A stretch of DNA of 63,860 nt, filler included, from Octopus bimaculoides (taxonomy: Eukaryota), in assembly GCF_001194135.2 (NCBI RefSeq). It is 5 parts of 5 records of this genome, joined end to end, with 100 filler letters (N's around TTAATTAATTAA, not from the genome) between each part and the next. Parts side by side here need not be neighbours in the genome. Positions count along the whole stretch, not along the records: positions 60,953 to 63,860 come from NC_068984.1; 4 more parts are not named here. One strand, given 5' to 3'. The position numbers were made by a program, and so were the translations under genes. Under the pieces are notes generated by a model that saw nothing but the letters and a program-made list of their open reading frames with translations, made no database searches and had not been told where the DNA came from. This document shows, in pieces, positions 62,209 to 63,860 of this stretch. The first letter of the stretch is position 1. Each line of letters opens with the position of its first letter.

Positions 62209-63796
62209 TATATATATATATATAATAATATTAGGGACAAAATCCAAAATTACAGGTAAAAAACTCAATTAAAATCAATTTATAAAAAATTAAAATTAAA
62301 TTGAGCCTTATAGATAAAGTATATATAAAATATATAGTTTTAGGGAAAATAACCAAATTTTCAAGAACTCATCGATGAAAATCCACTATCACATATAGAA
62401 AAATTAGTAATTAAAAGCACAATAAATGAGTATAATATAAAGTAAAGTAAATATCATAAGATAAATATAATAAAAAGATTACACGTGNNNNNNNNNNNNN
62501 NNNNNNNNNNNNNNNNNNNNNNNNNNNNNNNNNNNNNNNNNNNNNNNNNNNNNNNNNNNNNNNNNNNNNNNNNNNNNNNNNNNNNNNNNNNNNNNNNNNN
62601 NNNNNNNNNNNNNNNNNNNNNNNNNNNNNNNNNNNNNNNNNNNNNNNNNNNNNNNNNNNNNNNNNNNNNNNNNNNNNNNNNNNNNNNNNNNNNNNNNNNN
62701 NNNNNNNNNNNNNNNNNNNNNNNNNNNNNNNNNNNNNNNNNNNNNNNNNNNNNNNNNNNNNNNNNNNNNNNNNNNNNNNNNNNNNNNNNNNNNNNNNNNN
62801 NNNNNNNNNNNNNNNNNNNNNNNNNNNNNNNNNNNNNNNNNNNNNNNNNNNNNNNNNNNNNNNNNNNNNNNNNNNNNNNNNNNNNNNNNNNNNNNNNNNN
62901 NNNNNNNNNNNNNNNNNNNNNNNNNNNNNNNNNNNNNNNNNNNNNNNNNNNNNNNNNNNNNNNNNNNNNNNNNNNNNNNNNNNNNNNNNNNNNNNNNNNN
63001 NNNNNNNNNNNNNNNNNNNNNNNNNNNNNNNNNNNNNNNNNNNNNNNNNNNNNNNNNNNNNNNNNNNNNNNNNNNNNNNNNNNNNNNNNNNNNNNNNNNN
63101 NNNNNNNNNNNNNNNNNNNNNNNNNNNNNNNNNNNNNNNNNNNNNNNNNNNNNNNNNNNNNNNNNNNNNNNNNNNNNNNNNNNNNNNNNNNNNNNNNNNN
63201 NNNNNNNNNNNNNNNNNNNNNNNNNNNNNNNNNNNNNNNNNNNNNNNNNNNNNNNNNNNNNNNNTATATATATATATATATATATATGCGTTTGTATATA
63301 TGTGTGCGGGTGTAGCTGTACTTCTAATCTGTAGTTTCCATCACCATATATTACAAATATTACAACTTAGTATTCTGATTTTACAATCTTTCTGTCTTGA
63401 TGTAAAAGATAAGTAAAACGTTGACGCAGTAGTAATTCCGGAGACCGTATGCATCATTATGAATCTGCATGTTGGATTACAAAATTGATCTTGAGTAGAT
63501 AATAAATATATTTGGTTAACAAGTTTGGAGTTTACTAACTTCTAATCTAATTTCTATACTTTCCATTCTGCAAACGCTTTAATTGTTATATTCTGCGACT
63601 AATGACCATACAATATAGCAAAGATTAGTGAAACTTGTCTCTGAAGTAATTTGATGTATAACACAGACTCGAAAATCTGTTAGTGGCTCTGATATATTTG
63701 ATTAAGAGAAGTTATGCAAATAAATATTGACATTATCTAGAGCATGTACATGTGTCTCACTGTCTCTGTTCTCATGTATACACACACACACACACA

Positions 63797-63860
<64 letters not shown>

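Noticed and set aside
1-63860. CRISPR arrays, operons, rRNA genes
   Set aside because: No regularly spaced repeat-spacer array or rRNA-like sequence; the window is eukaryotic intron-rich DNA.

Overview
AT-rich, microsatellite-dense animal genomic DNA with many N gaps. From the SINE, RTE and mariner repeat families it is most likely an octopus (inference, not checked by search). Two spliced genes lie on the minus strand, and the ORF track largely misses both. (1) Ten exons (49279 to 30704, 391 aa to the stop) encode the C-terminal half of an M1-family aminopeptidase N-like protein; all junctions are GT-AG with consistent phases. The catalytic GAMEN/HEXXH exons were not found. (2) Three exons (22111 to 13691) encode the N-terminus of a probable RNase P/MRP subunit RPP38/Pop3-like protein. 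The rest is transposon debris: three SINE families, RTE/CR1/HERO-type LINE fragments, a rearranged Penelope-like RT, a Helitron helicase fragment, Tc1/mariner copies and several MITEs with target-site duplications. The most interesting non-gene signal is a set of unrelated type I hammerhead ribozyme motifs found by eye: four contiguous ones (3634-3689, 24730-24804, 50142-50211, 57308-57383), one split by a mariner insertion (3199-3476) and degenerate ones in a fold-back (24269-24588). There is also a long heat-shock-element-like array in the last aminopeptidase intron and several long intronic hairpins. Four gaps carry an artificial TTAATTAATTAA linker, so order and orientation across them are uncertain. 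No CRISPR array, rRNA or bona fide tRNA gene was seen.
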